A stretch of DNA of 64,000 nt from Aureliella sp. (GTDB taxonomy: Bacteria > Planctomycetota > Planctomycetia > Pirellulales > Pirellulaceae): NCBI GenBank assembly GCA_963691875.1, contig OY829846.1, positions 2,048,001 through 2,112,000 on the forward strand. Direction: 5' to 3'. Each line of letters opens with the position of its first letter. Positions within the stretch are counted from its first letter, which is position 1. The notes under the pieces were generated by a model, which was not told where the DNA came from, ran no database searches, and saw only the letters and a list, made by a program, of their open reading frames with translations. Both the position numbers and the translations under genes were made by a program. Shown one piece after another: positions 19,125 through 28,889 of the stretch.

Positions 19125-21155
19125 TTAGTTTTCCAATGCCGGCTTGAAATTGAGCGAAACGACTTCCTTCGTTGCCTGTAGTTGGAAGGTAATCAGCCCT
19201 GAATCGGCGACCTCAAACCTCGGGTCTTGCAGTTGCCCTCCGAGCGACATGAGTCCCGGTTGGTTTTGCAAAGACGCCACGAGGCTTACGGCGTCACCCA
19301 TCTTCTTGACGCTGGTTTTAAGCTTGGGAAGGAACGCCGAGCCCGCGCTGCTTGGCATGATCGCGATCTTGATGTGGTGCAAACCGTTGGCAGCAATGTC
19401 GAGACCGACTCCGATCGCCGCCGTTTCTTTCACCCATACATACACCTGCATCGGATCATCAACAGGTTCCAGCAGCGACTCAATTGCGAGCACCTCTTCT
19501 GGAACCAAAGTGCTGAGCTGTAAGAGGCCACCCTCGACTGCTCGCGTGCATGCGACCAGGGCCTCAGTCGGTACCTCAGAAGTAGGGAGCTTGCTTTCGG
19601 ATATCAAACGAAGTTTATCGGTCTTGACGAATACCTTGGCCAGCTTCTCCTTCGCTTCATCCAAATGCTTTCCCAGTGCGAGCAGCATCAGAGCCCCCTC
19701 GTTCTCACTAATGCCAGCCCAGATACTTGCCCAGTCAACAGGCTGTTCACTAGTTACCTCAAATGCGCTAGCCCCGAGAGAGGCGGAAAAGCGATCGTCA
19801 TTCTTTCGCCGCTCTTCAGGAATCACCTGGAATATCACCGATAAATTCGAATCAACACGCGTCAAGTTGCTCATCGTTAGACCCGTGTCCTCCAGCGAGA
19901 AATCGATACTACCCTGGAGTGTATTCGTAATTGACGACAGAATCGTCGCCCATTGCTCATGCTTCATCAACTCACTTGGAGCAATCGTGAAGTATCCGCG
20001 CTGAGTACCGAAAATCTCATCCGGTCGCATTGCTTCTCTCGAGAATGGCTTGACCGAGATCGGCTTTGCCTTGTCCCTGGACGCGATGCGAAGTGTATCA
20101 TCCGGATCGCCTGCTTGAGCAGTCCAGGCGAGAGCCGCGGTGAAGGCGCATACAAGTCCTAGGTTTAGTAGGCCGTTCTGCCAATGGGGAAGCTTTTGAA
20201 ACTCTTTTTCTTTCAACATTTTGATCCTCCTGACCACACTGTTGGTCGTAACGGAAACTTCAAGAAACATCGGAATGTGCGACTGCGAATCCGTTCGCAG
20301 CGCCAACATCGAAAGGCCTTGCCGATATTGTGCGGTGATCGAGAAGGCCTCGGTGGCCTTCAAGTCTGTTGCTAGCTCTTGTGCGGCAATCAATTGGCGG
20401 CGAAGCAAACCCGCGATCGGGTGCAGCCAGAAAGTGCTCAGCATCAATTCGGAAATGAATCGCCACTTTGCGTCGCCTCTTGCCAAGTGCTGGAGTTCGT
20501 GAGCCAAGGCTACATCGCGTTCTAGGGCAGTCCAACTGGTAAAATCGCAAGGGACAAGAATCGTTTTGGGTCGCAGCCAGCATACGCAAGGAGACTGAAT
20601 CCCTGGGCTCTCGAGGAGTTCGCTGCAGAGTCCCTTGTGCTGCACCCGCGACTCTAGTCTTCGCAGCTGCTTCAGAGTCTCTCGATCATCCAAGCTGCGA
20701 GCCGACCGGAGCAACTTGCCGATCGCGATCATCCCCAATGAACATCGCAGTGCCGGGACAGCCAACATGAATGCGAAAAGTGATTGGGCAACTACAATCA
20801 ATTGCGACTGCAATTGTGGCTTCTTTATTTTGAACTCGGAACAGAACTCGGAATACCTACCAAGGAGCCTTGACAAGGACGCGACAGGCACTTGGATTGA
20901 AATCGCTGTATCCGTTGTCCCGGCTGTTTCACCATGCTGCGAAAGCTGGAGCAAAGACTCGGTCTCGCCCTTGAAAATCCAAAGCCTAGGCAACCCGAAG
21001 CTTCCGAACAGAACCGCCAGACTACAGCAGAGCACTCCTAGCTTGAGCCAATTTGCGGCCAGTGCGGGCATGCGAGTCTCCAGCCATCGTGACGCGGCCA
21101 AGCAAAATCCGCCGATTAAGGTAATTTGAGTGAAGCAAACGAGGAAGCCTAACAT
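19125..21155 (-). CDS. M56-family (BlaR1/MecR1-like) metallopeptidase sensor with an unknown C-terminal domain
   Basis: TM helices; SP..W.RP..ILVP; ALAHELQHLARGD; WLHP; ELATD; RRIKML; coupled to BlaI. Confidence 0.9.
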   Translation of the reverse strand: MLGFLVCFTQITLIGGFCLAASRWLETRMPALAANWLKLGVLCCSLAVLFGSFGLPRLWIFKGETESLLQLSQHGETAGTTDTAISIQVPVASLSRLLGRYSEFCSEFKIKKPQLQSQLIVVAQSLFAFMLAVPALRCSLGMIAIGKLLRSARSLDDRETLKQLRRLESRVQHKGLCSELLESPGIQSPCVCWLRPKTILVPCDFTSWTALERDVALAHELQHLARGDAKWRFISELMLSTFWLHPIAGLLRRQLIAAQELATDLKATEAFSITAQYRQGLSMLALRTDSQSHIPMFLEVSVTTNSVVRRIKMLKEKEFQKLPHWQNGLLNLGLVCAFTAALAWTAQAGDPDDTLRIASRDKAKPISVKPFSREAMRPDEIFGTQRGYFTIAPSELMKHEQWATILSSITNTLQGSIDFSLEDTGLTMSNLTRVDSNLSVIFQVIPEERRKNDDRFSASLGASAFEVTSEQPVDWASIWAGISENEGALMLLALGKHLDEAKEKLAKVFVKTDKLRLISESKLPTSEVPTEALVACTRAVEGGLLQLSTLVPEEVLAIESLLEPVDDPMQVYVWVKETAAIGVGLDIAANGLHHIKIAIMPSSAGSAFLPKLKTSVKKMGDAVSLVASLQNQPGLMSLGGQLQDPRFEVADSGLITFQLQATKEVVSLNFKPALEN

Positions 21156-21556
21156 GTGCTGCCCTCCTGTTCTTCATTCTCCTGCTCCATAAGGACTTGC
21201 TGTAGATAGTCACGTTCTTCTTGGCTCAGCTGTTTCCGGTCTAGCAGATGCACCAAAAGAGCCTCGCGCGAGCCTTGAAAGACTTTGGTAACGAGATCAC
21301 CGACCAATCGCGTCGAGACTTGCTGAAAAGTTCGCAGGGCTTGGTAGCGAAAGGGACGCTTCTCATTTGTCTGCTTCAAGAAGCCTTTGTCCACCAAGCT
21401 GCGTACGACATTGGCGACCGTGACGTACGCCAGCTGCTCGCCTTCCTGCTCTATGTGGCGATGCGCGTCTTCAGCGGTGGCGCTCGGCTCCTGCCAGAAG
21501 ATCTGCATCACAGCCAATTCCCTGGCCGTCAATTCGGTAGCTTTGGGTCTAACCAC
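21149..21556 (-). CDS. BlaI/MecI/CopY transcriptional regulator
   Basis: LTARELAVMQIFW..LAYVTV..LVDKGFL; GTG start after a GGAGGAGG RBS. Confidence 0.92.
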   Translation of the reverse strand: MVRPKATELTARELAVMQIFWQEPSATAEDAHRHIEQEGEQLAYVTVANVVRSLVDKGFLKQTNEKRPFRYQALRTFQQVSTRLVGDLVTKVFQGSREALLVHLLDRKQLSQEERDYLQQVLMEQENEEQEGSTC

Positions 21557-21739
21557 TTGGTATCCCTCCTCCCTGAGATTTGAATAACCAAATTCGGTTT
21601 TCCAAAACTTAGCTCTTCCCTGGGTTTCGCGGCAAGGGCAGTTTTGGATAATCAAAACTGCTTGCTAGCGATCCAGTAGTTGGGCAGGAGACGTCGTCAG
21701 GATGCCGTTTTATTGCGGAAACCGTCTGACTTTTGGTCA

Positions 21740-21762
21740 GTAGTGGATACGGCTACGAATCC
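21740..21762 (+). repeat. GTAG-type REP copy
   Basis: GTAGTGGATACGGCTACGAATCC. Confidence 0.55.
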
Positions 21763-21847
21763 CGGAGCAAGGCTCCAAATAAATTGGACCAAGGCAAGAC
21801 CGGGTTTACGGCTGCTCGTTGAACGAAATGATACACCAATGGAGTGA

Positions 21848-23047
21848 ATGGACTTGGAACTGATTTGGAACGACGGTGGGCGGGCTGCTTGTGGCTACGT
21901 TGGCACAACAGGTGATTGTGTGACTCGGTCGATCGCAATTGCGACGGGAACCGCGTATCGCGAGGTCTACGATGAACTCGGTGAGAAGTCACTGAAGACT
22001 CCGCGAGATGGAGTCGCGGTGCAGTTCGCAGCTGAATACTTGCGCGAGCTCGGATGGACGAAACACCTTGGAAGGCAGTCTCTCTTTGCCAAAGAGAATC
22101 TGCCGCTAGGTCGCGTGATTTGTTATCTACAAAAAGAATCAGGCGGCGGACACCACTTTAGTTCCGTCATCGATGGAACCGTTCACGACACATGGAATCC
22201 GTCAGACGACGAGTACTACGTGATTCACGACTACTGGACCCCGCCTGAGAAGGAACGGTCCGATGCAATGGTCGTCTCGTCGCGACATGTTTCGGATTCA
22301 CAGAAGCTAAGTCAGAAAGAATTCGACAAGGTGCTGCGACGGCTTCGTGCCCTGGACAACACCGCCAACAATGGCGCCAGTACGGAAGGCGAAAAACGCA
22401 ACGCGCTGCGGATGATGCAAAGCCTGATGCTTACTCACAATTTGACTCAGGATGATCTTGAAACAAAGGAAGACAGGCATACGCAACTGGCTCGAATCGC
22501 GTGCCCTGTGAACGGCCGGCGAGTTTGCACGTGGGAAGTAATGTTGGCTTACTATGTGACTCAGCACGTCTTCCCGGCCGTGCAGTTTTTCCGAGCAACT
22601 CGGCAGCACCGATCAATGTTTTGGTTTTATGGTCCGGTTCAAGACGTCGAGAACTCCATTGCCCTGTTTCGCGAGCTAATGCTCACCATTGCAACAGCCG
22701 CCAAGCTACAGTTCGGCGGTTACAGTCGCGGTAGCGGCGCATCCTATGCGGAGGGTTATGTTGCTGGCTTGCCACGCGCCTTCGAAGGAGAATTGGGGAG
22801 CTCGCCTGGCGATCGGAAAGTTGAAGGTTCCGATCAAATCGGATTGATCCACCAACGTATGCTGGCCATTCATACCGCCTCACGCGAATGGTTGGCAGCA
22901 GAGTGCGGTATCCGTTTGGTCGCCGGCTCAGGTCGTGGACGCTACGCGCATGATCCAAACGCGGCAGGACTAGGCAAGCAGCATGGCTCAAAGCATCAGG
23001 TCAACACGCATGGAAGACGCAAAGGTATTGGGTATCGGGCTGGCTGA
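21848..23047 (+). CDS. Cys-His-Asp peptidase-like domain fused to a DUF2786-like domain
   Basis: N-terminal GDCVTRSIAIA..YREVY..HFSSVIDG..HDTW; central KVLRRLRAL..ASTEGEKRNALRMMQSLMLTHNL; C-terminal FYG..SYAEGYVAGL..G..HG. Confidence 0.6.
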   Translation: MDLELIWNDGGRAACGYVGTTGDCVTRSIAIATGTAYREVYDELGEKSLKTPRDGVAVQFAAEYLRELGWTKHLGRQSLFAKENLPLGRVICYLQKESGGGHHFSSVIDGTVHDTWNPSDDEYYVIHDYWTPPEKERSDAMVVSSRHVSDSQKLSQKEFDKVLRRLRALDNTANNGASTEGEKRNALRMMQSLMLTHNLTQDDLETKEDRHTQLARIACPVNGRRVCTWEVMLAYYVTQHVFPAVQFFRATRQHRSMFWFYGPVQDVENSIALFRELMLTIATAAKLQFGGYSRGSGASYAEGYVAGLPRAFEGELGSSPGDRKVEGSDQIGLIHQRMLAIHTASREWLAAECGIRLVAGSGRGRYAHDPNAAGLGKQHGSKHQVNTHGRRKGIGYRAG

Positions 23048-23100
23048 AGAAATTCGGATGGATTTCAAGGACATCTTGCAAAGTCCACTGAAAGGAGAGG

Positions 23101-24291
23101 CTAGTCCTCAAGGAACTTGAGGACGTTTAGTAGCAGCTCGGTGGTCTTGTCGAGCTTCGGTTTGGTTGCAGTGTTCAAATCCCAAGCTGCGAGCCAACGA
23201 TGATTCGTTTTCTTTAGTCCGAAGTCATCCACTAGGTGCTTTTCGAAGTCCGGCAAGTGCGCAGCGCCGTAAAAGATACCGATCGTTTTCTTGCCCGCCG
23301 CAATCTGCTTTTGCAAGCCCTGCAAAGCCACCGCGTTTCGGTCCACAATGAGCAATTGATTGAGAGATCGCCCCAAGCCTTGATCAAGCGATCCAGTTTT
23401 GGCGAATTGATTCGCCATCATCCGTTTCATCTTCAGCGGATTGCTAAAAACATCCCTGATGGAGATGTCCTCTGGATCGAATCCCAGTAGCTCTTCCGCC
23501 GCCTTGGGTTCTTCCATGATCTTGTTCTGCTGTTTCATCAGATCAGAAAAAGTATCCAGTGCCAGAGTAAACGGAGTCTCACCGCGTTCGGCCATTTTTT
23601 TGCCCATTTGCGAGGGAGTCATGTCTGCTCGAACAAAATGCTCTTTGGTGTAGTCAACTTTTTCTAGCTGTAATTCTAGGCCGAGCATTTTCTGCATTCC
23701 GCCCTGCAATGCACCAACAGGATTGAATCCTTGCTCCTCCCGTTTGCCACCCATAGGGATCTCGGTGCCTTCCGGTGCAACTAGTTCATAAAGCAAAACA
23801 TCGTACTCGTCAAAAAGGCTATTCAACTTTTCGTAGTAGGAAGCCTCGCCAATGTGCACAGCTCCGATCAAATCGACTTTAACACCGTTTTCCGTCGCGG
23901 CTCGGTAGGTCACGACAGCAGTATCCAGAGATTTGAGTTCGCCCTTTTTCGTTCGCAGATGAAGAAAACGTGTTTTGCCATCTTCCGTAACCTTTGCGGC
24001 GGCCTTCGCTTCAAGTTTTGCCTTCTGCTTTTCTTCCGTTGTCAATTCCGATTCTGCGTTGGCGGCTTGCGTCTCGTCATCCGAACTCACCAACCGCTCA
24101 ACCTCGGACCTAAAGTCACTCTTTGCCCAGGAAATCGACTCGCTTTCGGGCTTCTGAACGGTTTCACTGGCAGTGGTTTTTGGGGTCGGAGGCGCCTCCT
24201 GCGCTTGGAGGGAAATCGGCAATGCGAGACAAACACAGATCAGCAAGAGTTTGTTCGTTCCGCCAAGTAGGTCAGGGTTTTTCAATGACAT
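23101..24291 (-). CDS. Secreted conserved protein, TraB/GumN-like
   Basis: Signal peptide; DLIGAVHIGE, LYELV, VDRN and FYGAAHL. Confidence 0.6.
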   Translation of the reverse strand: MSLKNPDLLGGTNKLLLICVCLALPISLQAQEAPPTPKTTASETVQKPESESISWAKSDFRSEVERLVSSDDETQAANAESELTTEEKQKAKLEAKAAAKVTEDGKTRFLHLRTKKGELKSLDTAVVTYRAATENGVKVDLIGAVHIGEASYYEKLNSLFDEYDVLLYELVAPEGTEIPMGGKREEQGFNPVGALQGGMQKMLGLELQLEKVDYTKEHFVRADMTPSQMGKKMAERGETPFTLALDTFSDLMKQQNKIMEEPKAAEELLGFDPEDISIRDVFSNPLKMKRMMANQFAKTGSLDQGLGRSLNQLLIVDRNAVALQGLQKQIAAGKKTIGIFYGAAHLPDFEKHLVDDFGLKKTNHRWLAAWDLNTATKPKLDKTTELLLNVLKFLED

Positions 24292-24506
24292 GGTGATTCC
24301 AGAAGTGAGATTGGTTGAGCGGATTCTCGCGAGGCACGATTGTTCCCTATTCATTATTCTGGCTTTCAAGCAACATATTTCCATTGCTTCACAAAAAAGT
24401 CACACTTCTTTCAGATCCACTATCGGCTAGTGGAGCGGTATGATCACAAACGGCCACTGCCAGCGACTACAATTGTGGCTTTCCCCCGCCATCGCTAGGT
24501 CCCGTC

Positions 24507-26087
24507 ATGCTTCGCCCTTCTCTCCTGACGTTCTCTATCGCCGCATTGCTTTTCGTCCTTGGGCTCTCCAGCGTAGTATTTGCCGGAGAACGTCCCAACA
24601 TTCTGTTTGCGATCGCAGACGATTGGTCGTATGGCCATGCATCAGCCTACGGATGTAAGTGGGTGAGTACTCCGAACTTTGATCGGATCGCTCGTGAAGG
24701 CTTGTTGTTCAAGAACGCTTACACGCCGAACGCAAAATGTGCTCCGTCTCGAGCCACGATTTTGACCGGTCGCTATTCCTGGCAGCTGGAGCAAGCTGGA
24801 AATCATATGACTTATTTCCCGGCAAAATTCGGTGGTTTCGTCGAACGCTTGGCTGCCGATGGCTACTTCGCTGGTTACACAGGCAAAGGCTGGGGACCGG
24901 GCTTCGCCAATGACGCCGACGGCAAGGCTCGTGCCATCACTGGCAAACGCTATTCGACATTGAAGCAGAAACCACCAACGAAAGCGATTTCCAACGTCAA
25001 CTACGCTGGCAACTTTGAAGAGTTTCTCAAAGATGCTCCGGACGATGAGCCTTGGGTGTTCTGGTACGGCACACTGGAACCGCACCGCGCCTACGAATTT
25101 AAATCGGGCGTAAAGGCTGGCAAGAAACTGTCCGACGTGGAGCGAGTCCCCGGATACTGGCCTGACAACGAGACAACGCGGCACGACATGCTAGATTATG
25201 CTGTAGAAGTCGAGCACTATGACTCGCACCTGGGTAAGATCATTAAGCAACTGGAGAAATCGGGACAACTCGACAACACGCTTATCGTTTGTACTTCGGA
25301 CCACGGAATGCCTTTCCCACGAGTGAAGGGACAAGCCTACCTGCATTCGAATCACATACCGCTGGCCATTCGTTGGCCGAAAGGCATCGATGTTAGCGGA
25401 CGCGTTATCGACGACTTCGTCAACTTTACGGATCTCGCACCAACGTTCCTTGAGGTCGCAGGTGTTTCCGCCCCTGGCCCGATCATGCAACCGCTTAGCG
25501 GCAAGAGTCTGACGGACATTTTTCAGGCCAAGGGATCGGGACGGATTACCATCAAGCGCAACCATGTACTCGTCGGCAAGGAACGGCACGATATCGGCCG
25601 GCCCAACAATTGGGGTTTCCCAATTCGCGGAATCAACAATGGCAAGTTCTTGCTGATCCACAATCTCAAATTCGACCGTTGGCCAGCGGGGCATCCGCAA
25701 ACTGGCTATCTAAACTGCGATGGTAGCCCTACTAAGACAGACATTCTGAACTTGCGCCGTAGTGGTGATGAAGCCAGTTGGTGGGATTTGTGTTTTGGGA
25801 AAAGGCCTGAATTTGAACTTTACAACTTGGAGACCGATCCAGATTGCGTGATTAACGTAGCCGACGCGCCGCGATACCGAGACACGCTAACTCAACTTAA
25901 GAAGCAACTAAAGTCGGAACTGACCGAGCAGGGCGATCCCAGGATGTTTGGCAAAGGCGACGTTTTTGACAACTATCCCTATTCCGGTGCCTCAACCGAT
26001 AACTTCTACAAACGATTCATGGCCGGCGAAGAATTGCCAGCGGGTTGGGTCAACAAGAGTGACTTTGAAAAAGAAGCGATCAAGTAG
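24507..26087 (+). CDS. Sulfatase
   Basis: [27 protein letters not shown]. Confidence 0.95.
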   Translation: MLRPSLLTFSIAALLFVLGLSSVVFAGERPNILFAIADDWSYGHASAYGCKWVSTPNFDRIAREGLLFKNAYTPNAKCAPSRATILTGRYSWQLEQAGNHMTYFPAKFGGFVERLAADGYFAGYTGKGWGPGFANDADGKARAITGKRYSTLKQKPPTKAISNVNYAGNFEEFLKDAPDDEPWVFWYGTLEPHRAYEFKSGVKAGKKLSDVERVPGYWPDNETTRHDMLDYAVEVEHYDSHLGKIIKQLEKSGQLDNTLIVCTSDHGMPFPRVKGQAYLHSNHIPLAIRWPKGIDVSGRVIDDFVNFTDLAPTFLEVAGVSAPGPIMQPLSGKSLTDIFQAKGSGRITIKRNHVLVGKERHDIGRPNNWGFPIRGINNGKFLLIHNLKFDRWPAGHPQTGYLNCDGSPTKTDILNLRRSGDEASWWDLCFGKRPEFELYNLETDPDCVINVADAPRYRDTLTQLKKQLKSELTEQGDPRMFGKGDVFDNYPYSGASTDNFYKRFMAGEELPAGWVNKSDFEKEAIK

Positions 26088-26579
26088 TTCCGAGTTGTGA
26101 TTCACGCAGTAGAGAATTCAGGTGTGAACAGGTTGTGATTTTGAACTTGTTTTGCTGATGTTCGCCAAAGAGATGCATTTTGATTCCCTCGTTCGATTCA
26201 ATCGTCAAGAGTGGAAGTCGACTACTTTTTCTGCGAGATTCGCAGGAGCTTGTGCGAAAGAAATTCTGTAACCTGGATTGGAGCTGGCGGCAGTAAACTA
26301 AGTTTGAACGGAGCAGAGGATTGCTCTAGAAAGCATTGGCTTTCTCGCCCCCCGTGTAGGCGATCCGGCCGAGTTTCTTCGGTCGGTTCGCCTTTTTTCA
26401 TTTGGAGACAGAAGACGGGGATATTTAGGCAGCTCGGTAAAAAAGTTTGCGAGCCAAGCGAGATTGGGAATCGACTGAAATCGGCCGAGCGGATAACTTC
26501 CTACAGTAGAGAGCGTGCTGCCCCCGCGATCATTCCTTGAGCCTCGAAAGGTGTGCCGAACTGGTACCGAGACGACTCG

Positions 26580-28244
26580 ATGACGACTTACGTATTTGGA
26601 CACCGCAATCCAGACACCGACGCGATTTGTTCAGCGTTAGCCTATGCCGACTTTTTACAAAGGACTTCCCAGCCTGACGCGGTAGCGGCATGTTGCGGAA
26701 CGCCGAATCAGCGGACTGAGTTTGCGCTTTCCAAAGCCAGGCTGACTGCCCCGCGAATGATCATGGATGTCCGACCTGAGGTTGCGCACGTATGTCGTAC
26801 CGATCCGGTTGTGGCCTACGACGATGAGGTCTTTCAGGAGGTTTACGAGCGAATGAAGGAGCGGAATATCGGCGCTGCTCCTGTACTCGATCGCCAACAA
26901 CGCTTCGTTGGCATGATCACGCTGCTCGATCTGCTCAAAGTCATCTTCGAAGGCGACGACGACGCCAGGCTTTCACGAAGAATCCACAGTTCCGTGGACA
27001 AGGTTTGTTCGGTCCTGCAAGGTACGTTGCAGCACTCGGAAGAAGTCGAGGGCATCACCGACTTCAATATCATGGTCGGCGCCATGTCGGCTGAAGGATT
27101 CACGCAACGATTGCACCAGTTTGAGCCTTCGGAGCTTCTTGTTGTTAGCGGAAACCGCCCGACGATTCAGCTGCCTGCGCTTGAGCACAAAGTCCGAGTG
27201 TTGGTTGTAACGGGCGGGTACGACCTTTCGCCTGGCTTACTGCAACTCGCCAAGCTCAACGGTACCACCGTCATTAGCAGCCAATACGATACCGCGACTA
27301 CGACGATGCGAATCAAGTCGGCTAGACGAATCGATTCCGCCATTCATCGCGACTGCCTGACACTGTCGCCCAAGTTGCCCGTGGAGGATGCGCGTAAGTT
27401 GGTGGAGCGATCACCGCAGCGTTTGTTCCCCGTGCTTGACGATCAAGGATGCTTGTACGGAGTACTTTCGAAGTCAGACTTGATCAGCCCGCCGAAAACG
27501 AAGCTGATTTTGGTTGATCACAATGAACTCAGCCAAGCCGTCATGGGAGCCGACGAGTCGGACATCATCGAAGTGCTCGACCATCATCGGCTCGGCGGTA
27601 GCCTGCGTTCGGACCAACCCATTCGCTTTCACAACGAACCTGTGGGTTCAACTTGCACATTAGTGGCGAACAAGTTTCGTGGGAGTGGGATCGATCCAAC
27701 TCCAGGAATCGCCCTTTGCATGGCCTCGGGAATCATTTCCGACACTCTCAATCTACGCTCGCCGACGACGACTGAAGTCGACAAGATAGCCCTTCAATGG
27801 TTGGGTGAGAAATGTTCTGTCGATCTTGATGAGTTTGTTCAAGAGTTCTTCGCCGTCGGCTCCTCATTGCGAACGCAAGCCGCAGCAAAGGTCGTGCGGG
27901 AAGACTGCAAGCAATTTGAGGATCGCGGCCACGTTTTCTCCATCTCGCAGATTGAAGAGATTGGCTACGATCTCTTTTGGGAACGCAAGAACGAGCTGCA
28001 CGAGGCATTGCTTCTACATACATCGGAAAACAACCTCGACTTCGCAGCCCTCTTTGTAACCGACATCATTACCAATGGCAGCATGTTGTTGATGTCCCAC
28101 GAACCGGAATTCTGGGAGTCCGCGAACTATCCGAACGTCGAGCGTTACGTTTACGAGCTCGAGAACGTTGTTAGTCGCAAGAAGCAGCTGCTTCCACTCT
28201 TTTCGCAATTGCTAGAGAATGCCCAAGTGGCACTGTCGAAGTAA
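26580..28244 (+). CDS. ppaC: Mn-dependent (family II) inorganic pyrophosphatase with CBS/DRTGG insertion
   Basis: GHRNPDTDAICS, LVDHNE, DHHR, PVGSTCT, IISDT, SRKKQLLP. Confidence 0.93.
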   Translation: MTTYVFGHRNPDTDAICSALAYADFLQRTSQPDAVAACCGTPNQRTEFALSKARLTAPRMIMDVRPEVAHVCRTDPVVAYDDEVFQEVYERMKERNIGAAPVLDRQQRFVGMITLLDLLKVIFEGDDDARLSRRIHSSVDKVCSVLQGTLQHSEEVEGITDFNIMVGAMSAEGFTQRLHQFEPSELLVVSGNRPTIQLPALEHKVRVLVVTGGYDLSPGLLQLAKLNGTTVISSQYDTATTTMRIKSARRIDSAIHRDCLTLSPKLPVEDARKLVERSPQRLFPVLDDQGCLYGVLSKSDLISPPKTKLILVDHNELSQAVMGADESDIIEVLDHHRLGGSLRSDQPIRFHNEPVGSTCTLVANKFRGSGIDPTPGIALCMASGIISDTLNLRSPTTTEVDKIALQWLGEKCSVDLDEFVQEFFAVGSSLRTQAAAKVVREDCKQFEDRGHVFSISQIEEIGYDLFWERKNELHEALLLHTSENNLDFAALFVTDIITNGSMLLMSHEPEFWESANYPNVERYVYELENVVSRKKQLLPLFSQLLENAQVALSK

Positions 28245-28889
28245 TCCTTTCGCATGCATGCAGTAAATTATATCTGCTGCGAGAGGAATCAGCTGATGCC
28301 CTTGCTCGTGCGCGAGATTCGCAAACTTCCTATTTCGAGCATTTTCTCACTATCGGCATTTTCCAAGTGCGGCTACGATCTTGCACAGGCAGTGCAAAGT
28401 CATTGACTCGCTCGCCGGAACCGCATCGGATGGCGTTTGTCTGAAGAGCGGAAATTCGGCCCAGAACGAGTCCCAATGAAGTCGCCTGAGCCATAAGAAA
28501 CGAGGATTTTCCCGTTGATTGCTCAGTCGCCACCATCGAGCTGCGATTTTTCGCAAGCCAAGTGGTTCCCAGGGTTGCTTAGTAAAGCAAAGTCACGCGT
28601 TGCCTGATTTCAGCAAGAACGTATTGTCCTGACGGATATTGTGGGCGGGAAGACAAGCTTCTTCCCTGTACCTCGAGAGAAAAACGACCAAGGGTCTCGC
28701 ATTTCCTCTGAGGTTTGAATGAGAGCGTCGGACACTTGCTGGCCCCAAATTTGAGGAATGCAACTGCCATTTCGCGTCCTCAATTCTTGGGAACAAAAAC
28801 TGTTTCAATCATGCAGCGGAAGAACCGCGCGACCTCGTCCGCAATCCGCGGGCTGAGTACGCACCCAGCAAGAGCAAGAGAAATCCGTC

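Noticed and set aside
19144..20004. 286-aa + strand ORF
   Set aside because: Antisense shadow of the M56 gene; Ser-rich with no motifs.
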